Below the pieces are notes generated by a model. The model did no database searches. It saw only the letters and a program-made list of their open reading frames with translations, and was not told the origin of the DNA. This document shows, one piece after another, positions 1-9,007 of a stretch of 33,303 nucleotides of DNA. Position 1 is the stretch's first letter; every line of letters starts with the position of its first letter. The translations under genes were made by a program, and so were the position numbers. Source of the stretch: an archaeon (lineage in GTDB: Archaea > Nanobdellota > Nanobdellia > Woesearchaeales > GW2011-AR9); contig JAGVMW010000114.1 in assembly GCA_020053615.1 (NCBI GenBank), positions 1 through 33,303 of the forward strand, in the 5' to 3' direction.

Positions 1-117
1 ACTTTGCTAGCGCTAAAGAAAGTGATTCGTACAATATAAAAGAATTATCCGCTTACATCCCCTACCTGCGAGGTAGAGGATTTACGCGGGTTATTTAATG
101 CTACTCTCGGTCGCTAT

Positions 118-286
118 GGTCGGGTCGGCAAACAGGGGTTTACAGGAATTTTACTCGGCTCGTAAAATTCCCAAATGTCAATCCAGCTCTCAAAAATTTC
201 TCAGCTCTGATTTTTCATGGGTTGCCGAAAAATCGAGGAGAAATTTTTGGAGGGATTGCCACTTCTGTAAACCCCATACGTTATAC
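118..286 (+). repeat. Junction element copy A1: 166-nt structured repeat plus core CATAC-GTTATAC (candidate structured ncRNA or attC-like recombination site)
   Basis: By eye, 118-283 matches 19227-19392 at every position except the 12 nt at 216-227. It contains nested inverted repeats: 135-145 GGGGTTTACAG with 265-275 CTGTAAACCCC; 145-154 GGAATTTTAC with 162-171 GTAAAATTCC; and a long imperfect palindrome at 179-258. It starts with CGGGTCGGCAAAC, a motif shared by the other junctions. Confidence 0.8.
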
Positions 287-315
287 GCAATTGCTAATTT
301 GCCCTTGCCGATACA

Positions 316-324
316 TTTATAAAA
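316..324 (+). promoter_or_regulatory. TATA-box-like element (TTTATAAAA) upstream of the NUDIX gene
   Basis: An A/T box lies about 25-30 nt upstream of the ATG at 348, with no Shine-Dalgarno between them. The same spacing recurs at 1034, 15686 and 19478. Confidence 0.45.
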
Positions 325-347
325 ATAAAGAACCCTCATAATTTACT

Positions 348-851
348 ATGGAACTATTACACGAGGTAAAAGACAAAGAGTGGCCCAAAGATGAATCAAC
401 TTTGGAAATCAGAGAAGCTTCCAGGGCTGTGCTTTTTGACGAGAATGGCTTAATTCCTCTTCTATTTGTTTCAAATTATAATTATCACAAACTGCCCGGC
501 GGTGGAATTGATGATGGCGAAGATAAAGCTCAAGCGTTAATTCGCGAAGTGATGGAAGAAGTTGGCAGTAAGATTGAAGTTACTGGCGAAGTTGGAAAAA
601 TTATTGAATATCGCTCGCAATTTAATTTGAAACAAATATCATATTGTTATGTCGGCAAAATAATTTCAAAAGGATTGCCGACTTTCACGGAAGAGGAATT
701 AAGCCAAAACTTTAAACTAGTTTGGTTGCCATTAAATGAAGCGATTTCCAAAGTTGAAAACGATAAGCCAACGAATTATGAGGGTTCTTTTATTCAGCAA
801 AGGGATATTGTGTTTTTAAAAAAAGTTCAGCAGATGAAACGGGCAAATTAG
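348..851 (+). CDS. NUDIX hydrolase
   Basis: A full Nudix box is present: GGGIDDGE-DKAQALI-REVMEEVGS fits Gx5Ex7REUxEExGU. Confidence 0.9.
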   Translation: MELLHEVKDKEWPKDESTLEIREASRAVLFDENGLIPLLFVSNYNYHKLPGGGIDDGEDKAQALIREVMEEVGSKIEVTGEVGKIIEYRSQFNLKQISYCYVGKIISKGLPTFTEEELSQNFKLVWLPLNEAISKVENDKPTNYEGSFIQQRDIVFLKKVQQMKRAN

Positions 852-934
852 CAACTTGCTCCGCTACGCTCCGCACCACGCTACGCTCTCGCTACACTGC
901 GTTTCGCTCGGGGCGTATAACACATACGTTATAC
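852..934 (+). repeat. Junction element J2: GC-rich block (CGCTACGCTC variants) plus core GTATAAC-ACATAC-GTTATAC
   Basis: GCTCGGGGCGTATAAC aligns with the CGGGTCG-N3-AAC motif of the other junctions. The 8-nt arms CGTATAAC (914-921) and GTTATACG (928-935) are perfectly inverted around a 6-nt spacer. Confidence 0.7.
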
Positions 935-936
935 GA

Positions 937-986
937 CATATGACTCAGGACACTTTTTTACTTTTAACGAAGGAGCCCCATTTCCC
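937..986. repeat. Left arm of the inverted repeat flanking the AbiE/GrpB block (pairs with 3401-3476)
   Basis: GGACACTTTTTT (948-959), TTTTAACG (962-969) and GAGCCCCATTTCCC (973-986) recur in the same order as the reverse complement of 3401-3464. Confidence 0.75.
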
Positions 987-1033
987 GTAACTACGCTTTA
1001 TGAATTACCAGATAAGCTTACATGTAAGTAACA

Positions 1034-1044
1034 TTTATATATAA
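1034..1044 (+). promoter_or_regulatory. TATA-box-like element (TTTATATATAA)
   Basis: It lies about 25 nt upstream of the ATG at 1064 with no SD, consistent with a leaderless archaeal transcript. Confidence 0.45.
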
Positions 1045-1063
1045 GTTCAATTACCTACATCCT

Positions 1064-1648
1064 ATGCGCGGACTTAAAAGAGAAATGATCCTACGAGTAC
1101 TCCTCGCAGAATCTAAATCATTAAGCAAGAATGAACTTTCTAAAAGAGCTAACTGTAGCAGGCAGTGGGTTATTCTCTTCTTACGAGAACTAGAAAAAAA
1201 GAAACTCGTCAAAAAAACAAAAGTTGTTGATCCTGCTGGACTTATTAAATTTTGGCTAACAATCCATAAAAAACCTAAGAAATACCAAGAATACATGATT
1301 AAAGAGCCTCTAAAATTACTGAAAAAGACAAAATCAGACTATGCTCTCACCACTTATCAAGCCGAAAATATTGTACAACGCCATCTTTTCCCATCAAGAA
1401 TAGATATTTACATTAAAGAAGAAGATTTACAAGCGTGGCATTCCTTTCTACTAAAAGAAGGCTTATACGGAAAGGGTAATGTTCGTACCATCGTAACAGA
1501 AGAACAGACTTTTTATGGAAAACGAAAGCTAAACGGCCTTTCTGTTGTTTCCCTACCACAGCTCATTATCGATTTATTCACCGAGGGAGGACCAGCAGCA
1601 GAAGCCGCGGAGATACTTCTTGCTCAATTGAGGAAACATGTATCTTGA
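1064..1648 (+). CDS. Putative winged-helix regulator, AbiEi-like antitoxin partner
   Basis: The N-terminal region is wHTH-like (ILRVLLAESKSLSKNELSKRANCSRQWVILFLRELEKKKLV). The gene overlaps the downstream AbiEii-like nucleotidyltransferase gene by 11 nt. Confidence 0.45.
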   Translation: MRGLKREMILRVLLAESKSLSKNELSKRANCSRQWVILFLRELEKKKLVKKTKVVDPAGLIKFWLTIHKKPKKYQEYMIKEPLKLLKKTKSDYALTTYQAENIVQRHLFPSRIDIYIKEEDLQAWHSFLLKEGLYGKGNVRTIVTEEQTFYGKRKLNGLSVVSLPQLIIDLFTEGGPAAEAAEILLAQLRKHVS

Positions 1649-2423
1649 ATTTGAAACGAGAACCTCGTACAAATATCTCAAACAAGTAATCTCTGCCTTA
1701 GAGGAACCTATTTGCATTCTCGGGGGATGGGCAGTATTTCTTCACGTAAACAAGAACTTTCAAAAGGCACAGGGCAGACCATATCTTGGAAGTAGAGATA
1801 TTGATTTAGGATTCAACCTGGATAAAAATGCAACCGTAGAGCAAATGAAAAATTCTGCACTTGCAAAGTCACTTGATGTTCTTCAAAATAAGCTTAAATT
1901 TAAGTCCGTGTCCTTTCGACTACTCAAAGAAATCCATACTGAAACGGAGGAGGAAATCGAGGAAGGAAAGATTATTCCAGCGCATTTTATCTTTCCGATG
2001 TATGTTGATGTGCTTGTTGACAACATCCCTGCAAAATTCAAAGAGGTTTTCCGTTTTCAACCAGCAGACGAGCCATTATTACGTTTTGCGTTTGAGGATG
2101 GAAAATATAGAAAAGAATTAAAAGAGTTCAACAAGAGATTGTTGCTACCAAAACCAGAGTTATTACTTGCTACAAAATTTAATGCTTTAAAGCACAGAGA
2201 TAAAGAGCACAAGAAAATAAAAGACATCTGTGATATTTTCGCGTTACTTTGGTATACAGAAGAAAAACCAGAAGCTTTGAGAGAAAAAATAAGAAGTTTT
2301 ATTAGTCATCAATCTCTTTCAAAATCGATCAAATCTATTGATGGAAGCGATTATCAAAAAGCAGCAAACCAACTAAATCACTCACCGATAGAAATTAGAC
2401 GAGTGGTAGAAATACTACTATGA
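1638..2423 (+). CDS. Nucleotidyltransferase, AbiEii/AbiGii (DUF1814)-like toxin
   Basis: It has a GGWAVFLH...GSRDIDLGF NTase motif and a C-terminal KFNALKHRDKEHKKIKDICDIFAL helix, both typical of the AbiEii family. Confidence 0.55.
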   Translation: MYLEFETRTSYKYLKQVISALEEPICILGGWAVFLHVNKNFQKAQGRPYLGSRDIDLGFNLDKNATVEQMKNSALAKSLDVLQNKLKFKSVSFRLLKEIHTETEEEIEEGKIIPAHFIFPMYVDVLVDNIPAKFKEVFRFQPADEPLLRFAFEDGKYRKELKEFNKRLLLPKPELLLATKFNALKHRDKEHKKIKDICDIFALLWYTEEKPEALREKIRSFISHQSLSKSIKSIDGSDYQKAANQLNHSPIEIRRVVEILL

Positions 2424-3391
2424 TAAAAATGGAAAAGTACCGATTCAGAGAATATAATTCAAAGTACAAGAAGTTCTTTTTGAAAGAGAAGAACACCATA
2501 ACAAAAGCGCTTGGGGACAATTGCTTCATAGAACATGTGGGAAGCACATCCATTCCAAGCCTCGGCGGAAAAGGTATTGTTGATGTTTTAGTAGGCGTTA
2601 AATCCAAGAATCACCCTAAATTTATCAAAACGCTGAAATCTACAGGTTATGAATTCAGAGAAAAAGCAAGTACATCAGACCGACTCTTTTTCAGGAGAGA
2701 TTACAACTCAGGTAAAGAAACAAGAAGAGTACACATTCATTTAACCAAATTTGACGGTAAAGACTGGAATGAGATGATCGCTTTCCGAGATTACTTGTTA
2801 AAACATCCAGAAGATGTAAAGAAATACGTAAAAATCAAGAAAGAAGCAGTGGAAAAAGCAAAAGGTGAAGGAGAGATTTACCGAGAATTTAAACAATCAT
2901 TCATGGAAGAAATTACCAGAAAACAGTTAGCTATTAACGAACTCAGAAGAAAAGTTCAAGAGATAGTTAAAATTGCTACTACTCTCAAAAATAAGCACAT
3001 CAGCAATAAAAATGCACCCGTAAACTATGCCTGTATCTTCTCCCATAGCCAAAAAGAATATGAAGAGTCAATAAGAATTACACAGAGCATAGGAAAAATA
3101 GTAAAAGAAACACCAACAGGTTTACTATTCCAAGTTGAACCGTTAAAAACCGTTTCTGGTATTCTGAAATTACTCAAAATTCGTATTCCTGATGCTACAC
3201 GGCCGGAACTGGGTGATGCCGATTTTACAATCACAAATTTTCAAAGCTTCAAGAAAAAACATCTTCAAAAAAGAGGATTCAAGCTAATTCCACGTGAACA
3301 TTTTGAAATGATTGAACTTGTAGATTCTAAGTTTAATGTGAGAGCATATTTTTCAAATCCGCCACTGGATAAACAATTAAAAATAAAGTAA
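2420..3391 (+). CDS. GrpB (UPF0157) nucleotidyltransferase-fold domain fused to an unknown C-terminal domain of about 150 aa
   Basis: EHVGSTSIPSLGGKGIVDVLVGV, RRVHIHL and FRDYLLKHPEDVKKYVKIKKE match GrpB signatures. The start overlaps the upstream stop as ATGA. Confidence 0.7.
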   Translation: MIKMEKYRFREYNSKYKKFFLKEKNTITKALGDNCFIEHVGSTSIPSLGGKGIVDVLVGVKSKNHPKFIKTLKSTGYEFREKASTSDRLFFRRDYNSGKETRRVHIHLTKFDGKDWNEMIAFRDYLLKHPEDVKKYVKIKKEAVEKAKGEGEIYREFKQSFMEEITRKQLAINELRRKVQEIVKIATTLKNKHISNKNAPVNYACIFSHSQKEYEESIRITQSIGKIVKETPTGLLFQVEPLKTVSGILKLLKIRIPDATRPELGDADFTITNFQSFKKKHLQKRGFKLIPREHFEMIELVDSKFNVRAYFSNPPLDKQLKIK

Positions 3392-3400
3392 CACAACCTT

Positions 3401-3476
3401 GGGAAATGGGGCTCTATGACGTTAAAAACCGATGGCTCGCTGTGCTCGCCCGAAAAAAGTGTCCTTGCGTCATACG
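3401..3476. repeat. Right arm of the inverted repeat flanking the AbiE/GrpB block
   Basis: GGGAAATGGGGCTC (3401-3414), CGTTAAAA (3420-3427) and AAAAAAGTGTCC (3453-3464) are reverse complements of the left-arm blocks. A GC-rich insert of about 25 nt sits between them. Confidence 0.75.
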
Positions 3477-3565
3477 CCTCCGCTCCTCGACTGCGGTCTG
3501 CGGTGCTCTGGGACGTTGCACTTTCGCTTCGCTCACCTCGTATAACAGCAACTGCGACGTTAAAC
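3477..3565 (+). repeat. Junction element J3: GC-rich block plus core GTATAAC...GTTAAAC
   Basis: ACGTTGCACTTTCGCTTCGCTCACCTCGTATAAC-AGCAACTGCGAC-GTTAAAC aligns with J2 and J4. It has the same orientation as all other junctions. Confidence 0.7.
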
Positions 3566-3800
3566 AAAATTTTCTTACTGCCTAGTAGGTTCACTTCGTT
3601 CCCGAAAATCCTTAAAGTTAGTGCCTTCGTTAAATCTGGTAAAACGGAAACTCAAACAATCACTTCGTGACTATTTCTAACATTGATTTAACGACTACAT
3701 TTCATTCGACCCAAATTTTTACTTACTTTAAACGACTGGGGGGAATTCCGTAACGATAACTAAACGAAAAACGAACCGAAAAGAGGGGGGGCGAGAAAAC
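3566..3800 (-). repeat. Inverted copy of the leader-type (S2) repeat, abutting the hsdR stop codon
   Basis: The reverse complement contains GTTTTCTCGCC (3790-3800), ACGGAATTCCCCCC (3738-3751), TTAAAGTAAGTAAAAA (3716-3731) and GGCAGTAAGAAAA (3570-3582). These are in the same order as 13712-13904. Confidence 0.75.
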
Positions 3801-6800
3801 TTATTTACTAACCCAACCTTTAGCAATTAATTCTGCTTGCTTCAAAACTGTTTCTATTGCGTTCTTTTCCTTATCTGGAGGATAACCATATCTCCTTAAA
3901 ATCTTCTTGACTTTCAAACGCATTCCTGCTTGCACGCTTTCTCTTTGAGTCCAATCTATGGTTACACTATTTCTAATCATTTCAGTTAGTTCTAATGCGA
4001 TTTTTCTAAGAGCATCATCACCTAAAACTTTAACTGCACTATCATTGACTTCAAGAGCATCGTAAAATGCAACTTCATCATCATTCATATTAAGCTCTTT
4101 GCCTCTGCCTTTCTCATCTCTGACTTTTCTTGCTAATTCAATTAACTCTTCTATAACTTGGGTAGCTTCTATACTCCTATTTGTATATTTCTTGATGGTT
4201 TTATCAAGCAAATCCATAAATGATTTAGCTTGAACCATATTTTTCTTTGACATAATTCTTATTTCATCGTTGAGCAATTTCTTCAATGCTTCAAATGCGA
4301 GATTTTTCTGAGGCATTTCCTTGACTTCTGCTAAGAAACCTTCGGATAAAATTGAGAGTTCTGGCTTTTGAATTCCTGCTGCTTCAAAAATATCTATAAT
4401 TCTATCAGAGATAACCGCTTTTGACAAAATCTGCTTAATCGCTGAATCAAATTTATCCTGTAATTCTCTCTTTGTTTCTGTTGTTTTGGTGATAGCAGAT
4501 TTTATTGCTTGAAAAAGTCCCACTTCATCCTTTATTTTCATTGCTTTATCATGCGGAACAGCTAAAGAAAACGCTTTTAGAAGAGCAGTTACTTCTCTGG
4601 CAAATCTTTCTTTTTTATCTTTTTCTTTGAGAATATGCTCCATCGCAGACGGAACAAACGACACTCTCTCCTCTGGTCTAAGTTGGAAGAATTTTTTATA
4701 ATTGAAGCCATAGAACATATCTTTTACAACTTCGTACTTTTCCATCATTAGCTTAACTGCTTGCTCTTGGTCAAAAGTCGGTTTTCCTTTTCCGCCACTT
4801 TCAGTATAATTCATTAATGCTTTTTTTAGTTCAACACCAACGCCCATATAATCAACTATCAAACCGCCTTCTTTTCCAGGATAAACTCGGTTTACTCTGG
4901 CAATTGCCTGCATTAAAGTATGCCCTTTAATCGGCTTGTCTAAATACATGGTATGAAGAGAGGGAGCATCAAAACCTGTCAAAAACATATCCCTGACAAT
5001 CATTAATTTAAGCTCATGTTTGTCATCTTTCAGGTTGTCGCCTATCTGCTTTCTTCTTTTTCTGTTTCTTATGTGCTGTTGCCATTCTTTTGGATCAGAA
5101 GCTGAACCAGTCATAACAACTTTTATGAAACCTTTATCATCGTCTTCATTATGCCATTCTGGCTTTAATCTGATTATTTCATTGTAGAGTTCTACGCAGA
5201 TTCTTCTGCTCATGCCAACAATAATTCCTTTTCCTTCTAAAACAGACAATCTCTCCTCAAAATGCTTAACTATATCTTTGGAAATTCTTGCTATTCTTCT
5301 TGGAGAACCCGCAACTTTTTCTAATCTTGCCCACTTACTTTTGAGTATGTCCTTGCATTCAATTTCTTCTCCTTCGGTTGCTTCCTCGAAATCTGTGTCT
5401 ATCTTTGGTCTTTCTTCTGGTTTTAATTCAAGTTTTGCTAATCTGCTTTCATAATAAATTCTTACAGTAGCTCCATCTTCAACTGCCTGCTCAATATCAT
5501 AAACATCAACATATTTTCCGAATACTGCTGGCGTGCTTCTATCTGATTTCTCAATCGGAGTTCCTGTAAATCCAATAAAAGAGGCATTTGGAAGAGCATC
5601 TCTTAGATATTTTGCATATCCGTACGTGATTAATGCCTTGTCTTTCTTGTCTAATATCTTCGCAGAAAAACCATATTGGCTTCTGTGAGCTTCATCAGCT
5701 ATAACTATAATATTGTCTCTTTCTGAAAGAATCGGATACGTTTCTCTGTTCTCTTCTGGGAAAAATTTTTGTATTGTGGTGAAAACAACTCCGCCAGAAG
5801 ACACTTTGAGAAGTTTTTGCAGTTCTTTTCTGTCTTCTGCCTGTGTTGGTTTTTGCCTTAGAACATCTTGGCACTTTCCAAAAGTCCCAAAAAGCTGGTC
5901 GTCTAAATCATTTCTATCAGTTAAGACTATAATTGTAGGATTGTCAAATTCTCTTATCAATTTGCCGGTATAGAAAACCATTGTCAGCGATTTTCCAGAA
6001 CCTTGCGTATGCCAGACAACTCCTGCTTTTTTATCGCCTTTTGGCTGTTCTTTAACTGATGAAAGTCCGTAAGATTCTGGGGCTTCTCTTACTTGCATAA
6101 TTGATTTTGCGCTGGCTCTTCTGGTTGATTCTATTGCTTTAATTACAGCCCAATATTGATGATAAGCAGCTACTTTCTTTTTTGTCTCTTTATCTTTCTC
6201 AAAAACAATGAAATTTCTGATAATGTCTAATATTCTTTTCTTATCGCACATTCCTCTGAGTAGGATTTCTATTTCAGTAAATCCTTTCTTTGGCTTTTCT
6301 CCGTTGATAGTTTTCCACTGCATAAACCTCTCTCTTTCAGAGGTTATTGTTCCTGCTCTTGCTTCAATTCCATCACTGATAATTAAGATTTCATTAAATC
6401 TGAATAATGATGGTAGCTGTTGCATGTACGTCTGAAATTGGTCGTAAGCTGTCCAAATATCAGCTTTTTCGTCTGCCAAATTTTTTAATTCCAAAACTAC
6501 CAATGGCAAGCCATTTATGAAAAGAATAACATCTGGTCTTCTTTCAACATTATTTTCAATAATTGTAAACTGATTAACTGCTGAAAACTCATTATTCTCA
6601 AGATTTTCAAAATCAAATAATTTTACTATGATGTGTCTTTCTTCTCCACCTTTTGAGATTGGAATACTAACGCCATCAACGAGCAGTTTATGGAAACTTT
6701 CATTGTCTGCTATTAGCTTCTGGCTTTCGCTTCTGAGAATTTGCTTTAAAGCTAACTCTCTGGCTTCTTCTGATATGCTTGGATTGATTTTTCTGAGAGC

Positions 6801-6968
6801 ATATCTTAATTTATCAACAAGAACAACATCTTTATAGTCTGATCTTAAAGCAGAGCTTCCGCCAGGCAGATATTCCTCATTGCTTCCTCTTATTATATCA
6901 TAGTCTAAAGCCTTGAGAATATTCAAAACATTCTCTTCAACGTGTTCTTCAGTTATGAGGTGTTTCAT
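3801..6968 (-). CDS. hsdR: Type I restriction enzyme R subunit
   Basis: The N-terminal PD-(D/E)xK region reads [19 protein letters not shown]. Helicase motifs are HTQGSGKS and ADEAH. The C-terminal [12 protein letters not shown] matches a DUF3387-type tail. Confidence 0.95.
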   Translation of the reverse strand: MKHLITEEHVEENVLNILKALDYDIIRGSNEEYLPGGSSALRSDYKDVVLVDKLRYALRKINPSISEEARELALKQILRSESQKLIADNESFHKLLVDGVSIPISKGGEERHIIVKLFDFENLENNEFSAVNQFTIIENNVERRPDVILFINGLPLVVLELKNLADEKADIWTAYDQFQTYMQQLPSLFRFNEILIISDGIEARAGTITSERERFMQWKTINGEKPKKGFTEIEILLRGMCDKKRILDIIRNFIVFEKDKETKKKVAAYHQYWAVIKAIESTRRASAKSIMQVREAPESYGLSSVKEQPKGDKKAGVVWHTQGSGKSLTMVFYTGKLIREFDNPTIIVLTDRNDLDDQLFGTFGKCQDVLRQKPTQAEDRKELQKLLKVSSGGVVFTTIQKFFPEENRETYPILSERDNIIVIADEAHRSQYGFSAKILDKKDKALITYGYAKYLRDALPNASFIGFTGTPIEKSDRSTPAVFGKYVDVYDIEQAVEDGATVRIYYESRLAKLELKPEERPKIDTDFEEATEGEEIECKDILKSKWARLEKVAGSPRRIARISKDIVKHFEERLSVLEGKGIIVGMSRRICVELYNEIIRLKPEWHNEDDDKGFIKVVMTGSASDPKEWQQHIRNRKRRKQIGDNLKDDKHELKLMIVRDMFLTGFDAPSLHTMYLDKPIKGHTLMQAIARVNRVYPGKEGGLIVDYMGVGVELKKALMNYTESGGKGKPTFDQEQAVKLMMEKYEVVKDMFYGFNYKKFFQLRPEERVSFVPSAMEHILKEKDKKERFAREVTALLKAFSLAVPHDKAMKIKDEVGLFQAIKSAITKTTETKRELQDKFDSAIKQILSKAVISDRIIDIFEAAGIQKPELSILSEGFLAEVKEMPQKNLAFEALKKLLNDEIRIMSKKNMVQAKSFMDLLDKTIKKYTNRSIEATQVIEELIELARKVRDEKGRGKELNMNDDEVAFYDALEVNDSAVKVLGDDALRKIALELTEMIRNSVTIDWTQRESVQAGMRLKVKKILRRYGYPPDKEKNAIETVLKQAELIAKGWVSK

Positions 6969-6981
6969 CTTTATTCTTCCA

Positions 6982-7338
6982 TTATACTATTTTTAGTCTC
7001 TTTGCTTCTTTAATAAATCTTTTCTGTATATCAAGAATCATAGAGGGATTTTTACTATATTTTTCATTAATTCTATTTACATCGTCTTCGTGATCCACTA
7101 TACGACCACATTGAGAGCAAATCCACTTGGGAGTGCCCATTGGAGATGAAAAAAGAGATTCGAAACTTATCTGATTGCCATTTATATCAATAATTCTTCC
7201 ATGTGGGCAAATATTCTTCAGCTGATCAAGTTTTATTTTTCTTCTGTTTTCTAAAAATTTATTTATATCAAATTTAAAGCTAAATCTAATTGCAAAAGCA
7301 GCCACAATTATTAAAATCAGTGTTTCTAAAAATGCCAT
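6982..7338 (-). CDS. Small hypothetical protein with an N-terminal TM helix and a Cys/His cluster (CPHG...CSQCG)
   Basis: The ORF is packed between hsdS and hsdR and overlaps the hsdS end by 13 nt. It has a hydrophobic N-terminus and a zinc-ribbon-like CxH...CxxC pattern. Confidence 0.45.
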   Translation of the reverse strand: MAFLETLILIIVAAFAIRFSFKFDINKFLENRRKIKLDQLKNICPHGRIIDINGNQISFESLFSSPMGTPKWICSQCGRIVDHEDDVNRINEKYSKNPSMILDIQKRFIKEAKRLKIV

Positions 7339-8645
7339 GCTCTAACCTCAACAGGAACTCTGATTTTTCCTGATATTAATCTTGGAAGCAGGGAATCTCG
7401 GATTTGTGAGAGTATATTTTGAGTATTGATATTATCTTCACATTTAAGCATTATTTTAATGATCGAATCTTCAAATTTTGAAATAACTTCTTTACTCGGA
7501 ACTATTATGGACATATCCAATATATCGCTGGCAGATATCCTTTGGTGACTGCCACTCGTTCCCCTGGCCATCTGTACCAACTCACCTAACACGGAATGTT
7601 CTTTAAACAGAAGATATAAGTAGCAAAAAAAGGATTTATTTGGTTTGAAAACTAAAAATTCAGTTGAGCATATTGATTTTTCTTTAGCATTTATGACTGG
7701 CCAGATTCTGGGAATTCTTGGATTCAATTTAGAGAATAAGACAGACATATTAGTGACAATAAATTTGTTGCTTAATATTTCAGAACCCCTTTGATCAAAT
7801 GATGTTTTCCCGCCATCGTATGCTTCAATACTCAAGTGACTAAATATCTCTTCAGGAGAACTAACTGGATTTATTTGTTCCTTATTTTGCGTAGCAATAT
7901 TATGAATCATTCCAATTTTCCATCCTTTCGGTATCTTTCCTAACTCAGAATCAACCATTTCTCCGCCAGTAGACTTATATGGCTTTCCTTTCTCGTTTTG
8001 AAATTCAAAGTCTATAAACCATCTTTTGAAGATTGCTCGGCTTAACTCCTCCAAAACTTTATTTATCTTCTGATTAAGTTCTATTTTTAAATCTAAATCT
8101 GAGAGGATTTTAGCGATGGCAATTTGTTCAGGAAAAGAGGGGATATTGATTTCATAGCTCATAATCGAATTTTTATCTCCACGTGGCATTTTGGTTCCTT
8201 TAGAAGTCAAAACAGTAAATTCAAAAAAGTTATCTTGAGATAAATAGTAGTAAAGATATTTGTTGTTTATGCTTGATTTTTTCCTTATAACCAATACATC
8301 ATTAGAACAACCACCGGAAAATTTTGCCAACCAAAATTTCTTAAAATATGTCCTAATATTTGAGAATAAAATATCTCCTTCTCTGAATTGAGTTACCTTC
8401 CCAACTTTAGGTAATGAAGAAGCCACAGTAATCCCGCCTTTTTCAGGCAGCATATTTTCGGTTGAAATAAAATTATTCAGATTTATTTCAACAAGACTAA
8501 TCTTTTCAGTAATATATGAAGCAGTTTCTTTTAACTCTTTAACTTCCCAATCTTCAGGAATCATTCCTATTTCAGTTTGCTTCATCTTTGATGAATGCTC
8601 AGAAAACTTGTTTTCTGTTGGTTTTAATTTAGTTTGTTGTTTCAT
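7326..8645 (-). CDS. hsdS: Type I restriction enzyme specificity subunit (two target recognition domains)
   Basis: The TRD-start motif is duplicated (IPEDWEVKELKE and IPKGWKIGMIHNI). Conserved spacer helices are present (AIAKILSDLDLKIELNQK and SQIRDSLLPRLISGKI). Confidence 0.9.
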   Translation of the reverse strand: MKQQTKLKPTENKFSEHSSKMKQTEIGMIPEDWEVKELKETASYITEKISLVEINLNNFISTENMLPEKGGITVASSLPKVGKVTQFREGDILFSNIRTYFKKFWLAKFSGGCSNDVLVIRKKSSINNKYLYYYLSQDNFFEFTVLTSKGTKMPRGDKNSIMSYEINIPSFPEQIAIAKILSDLDLKIELNQKINKVLEELSRAIFKRWFIDFEFQNEKGKPYKSTGGEMVDSELGKIPKGWKIGMIHNIATQNKEQINPVSSPEEIFSHLSIEAYDGGKTSFDQRGSEILSNKFIVTNMSVLFSKLNPRIPRIWPVINAKEKSICSTEFLVFKPNKSFFCYLYLLFKEHSVLGELVQMARGTSGSHQRISASDILDMSIIVPSKEVISKFEDSIIKIMLKCEDNINTQNILSQIRDSLLPRLISGKIRVPVEVRAWHF

Positions 8646-9007
8646 TTCTTTTTTGCCTTCTTAGCCCAAAATGTAGATTTATCTCCTGCATGAAATCGTA
8701 TCTCGCCTTCTGCGACCTCATCAGGGTTAATCTTCATCCATCCGTCACCATTTGCAGAGTCGCATTCATCACTGCCCTCAAAGGTGAAATCATAAATCAA
8801 GTCCCCATCACATTTCTTAAAATCCCCATACATTGAACCTTGCACCAATCCAAAATGAAACTCCCCACTGCCTATTTGTTCTATTCTGATGAATGCCTGC
8901 ACTTCTTCATTGACATAATCATTATCCCATTCACTCATTTTTGTAATGTGCCATGTTCCAATGAAATCTTTTTTTCCTATTTTCGTTCGTTTTATTTTAG
9001 TTTTCAT
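8642..9007 (-). CDS. Hypothetical protein embedded in the Type I R-M operon
   Basis: It has 4-nt overlaps with both neighbours. I recognise no motif. Confidence 0.55.
   Translation of the reverse strand: MKTKIKRTKIGKKDFIGTWHITKMSEWDNDYVNEEVQAFIRIEQIGSGEFHFGLVQGSMYGDFKKCDGDLIYDFTFEGSDECDSANGDGWMKINPDEVAEGEIRFHAGDKSTFWAKKAKKK

Noticed and set aside
98-322. The 74-aa ORF, and its twin the 81-aa ORF at 19148-19393.
   Set aside because: Both lie wholly inside the structured junction repeat. Their similarity is explained by the nucleotide repeat, the predicted proteins are low-complexity, and the region is dominated by nested inverted repeats. I treat them as non-coding.
287-859. A possible inverted repeat flanking the NUDIX block (GCAATTGC at 287-294 and GCAACTTGC at 851-859).
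   Set aside because: It is only an 8-nt self-palindrome against an imperfect 9-mer, which is too short and too weak to separate from chance.
3265-3670. ORFs at 3265-3594 (-) and 3416-3670 (+), and similarly 13724-14011 (-), 20677-20958 (-) and 20858-21061 (-).
   Set aside because: They lie in, or mostly in, GC-rich junction or leader repeats or overlap the ends of real genes. They have no motifs and no start context. They are most likely artefacts of stop-poor GC-rich spacer sequence.
5212-6837. Antisense ORFs inside hsdR (5212-5454, 5713-5973, 6208-6435, 6628-6837). Similar antisense ORFs lie inside hsdM, the transposase, the SNF2 gene, ImmA and the large methyltransferase.
   Set aside because: Each is fully nested opposite a long, motif-rich gene, and their Ser/Leu/Phe-rich composition is typical of antisense frames.
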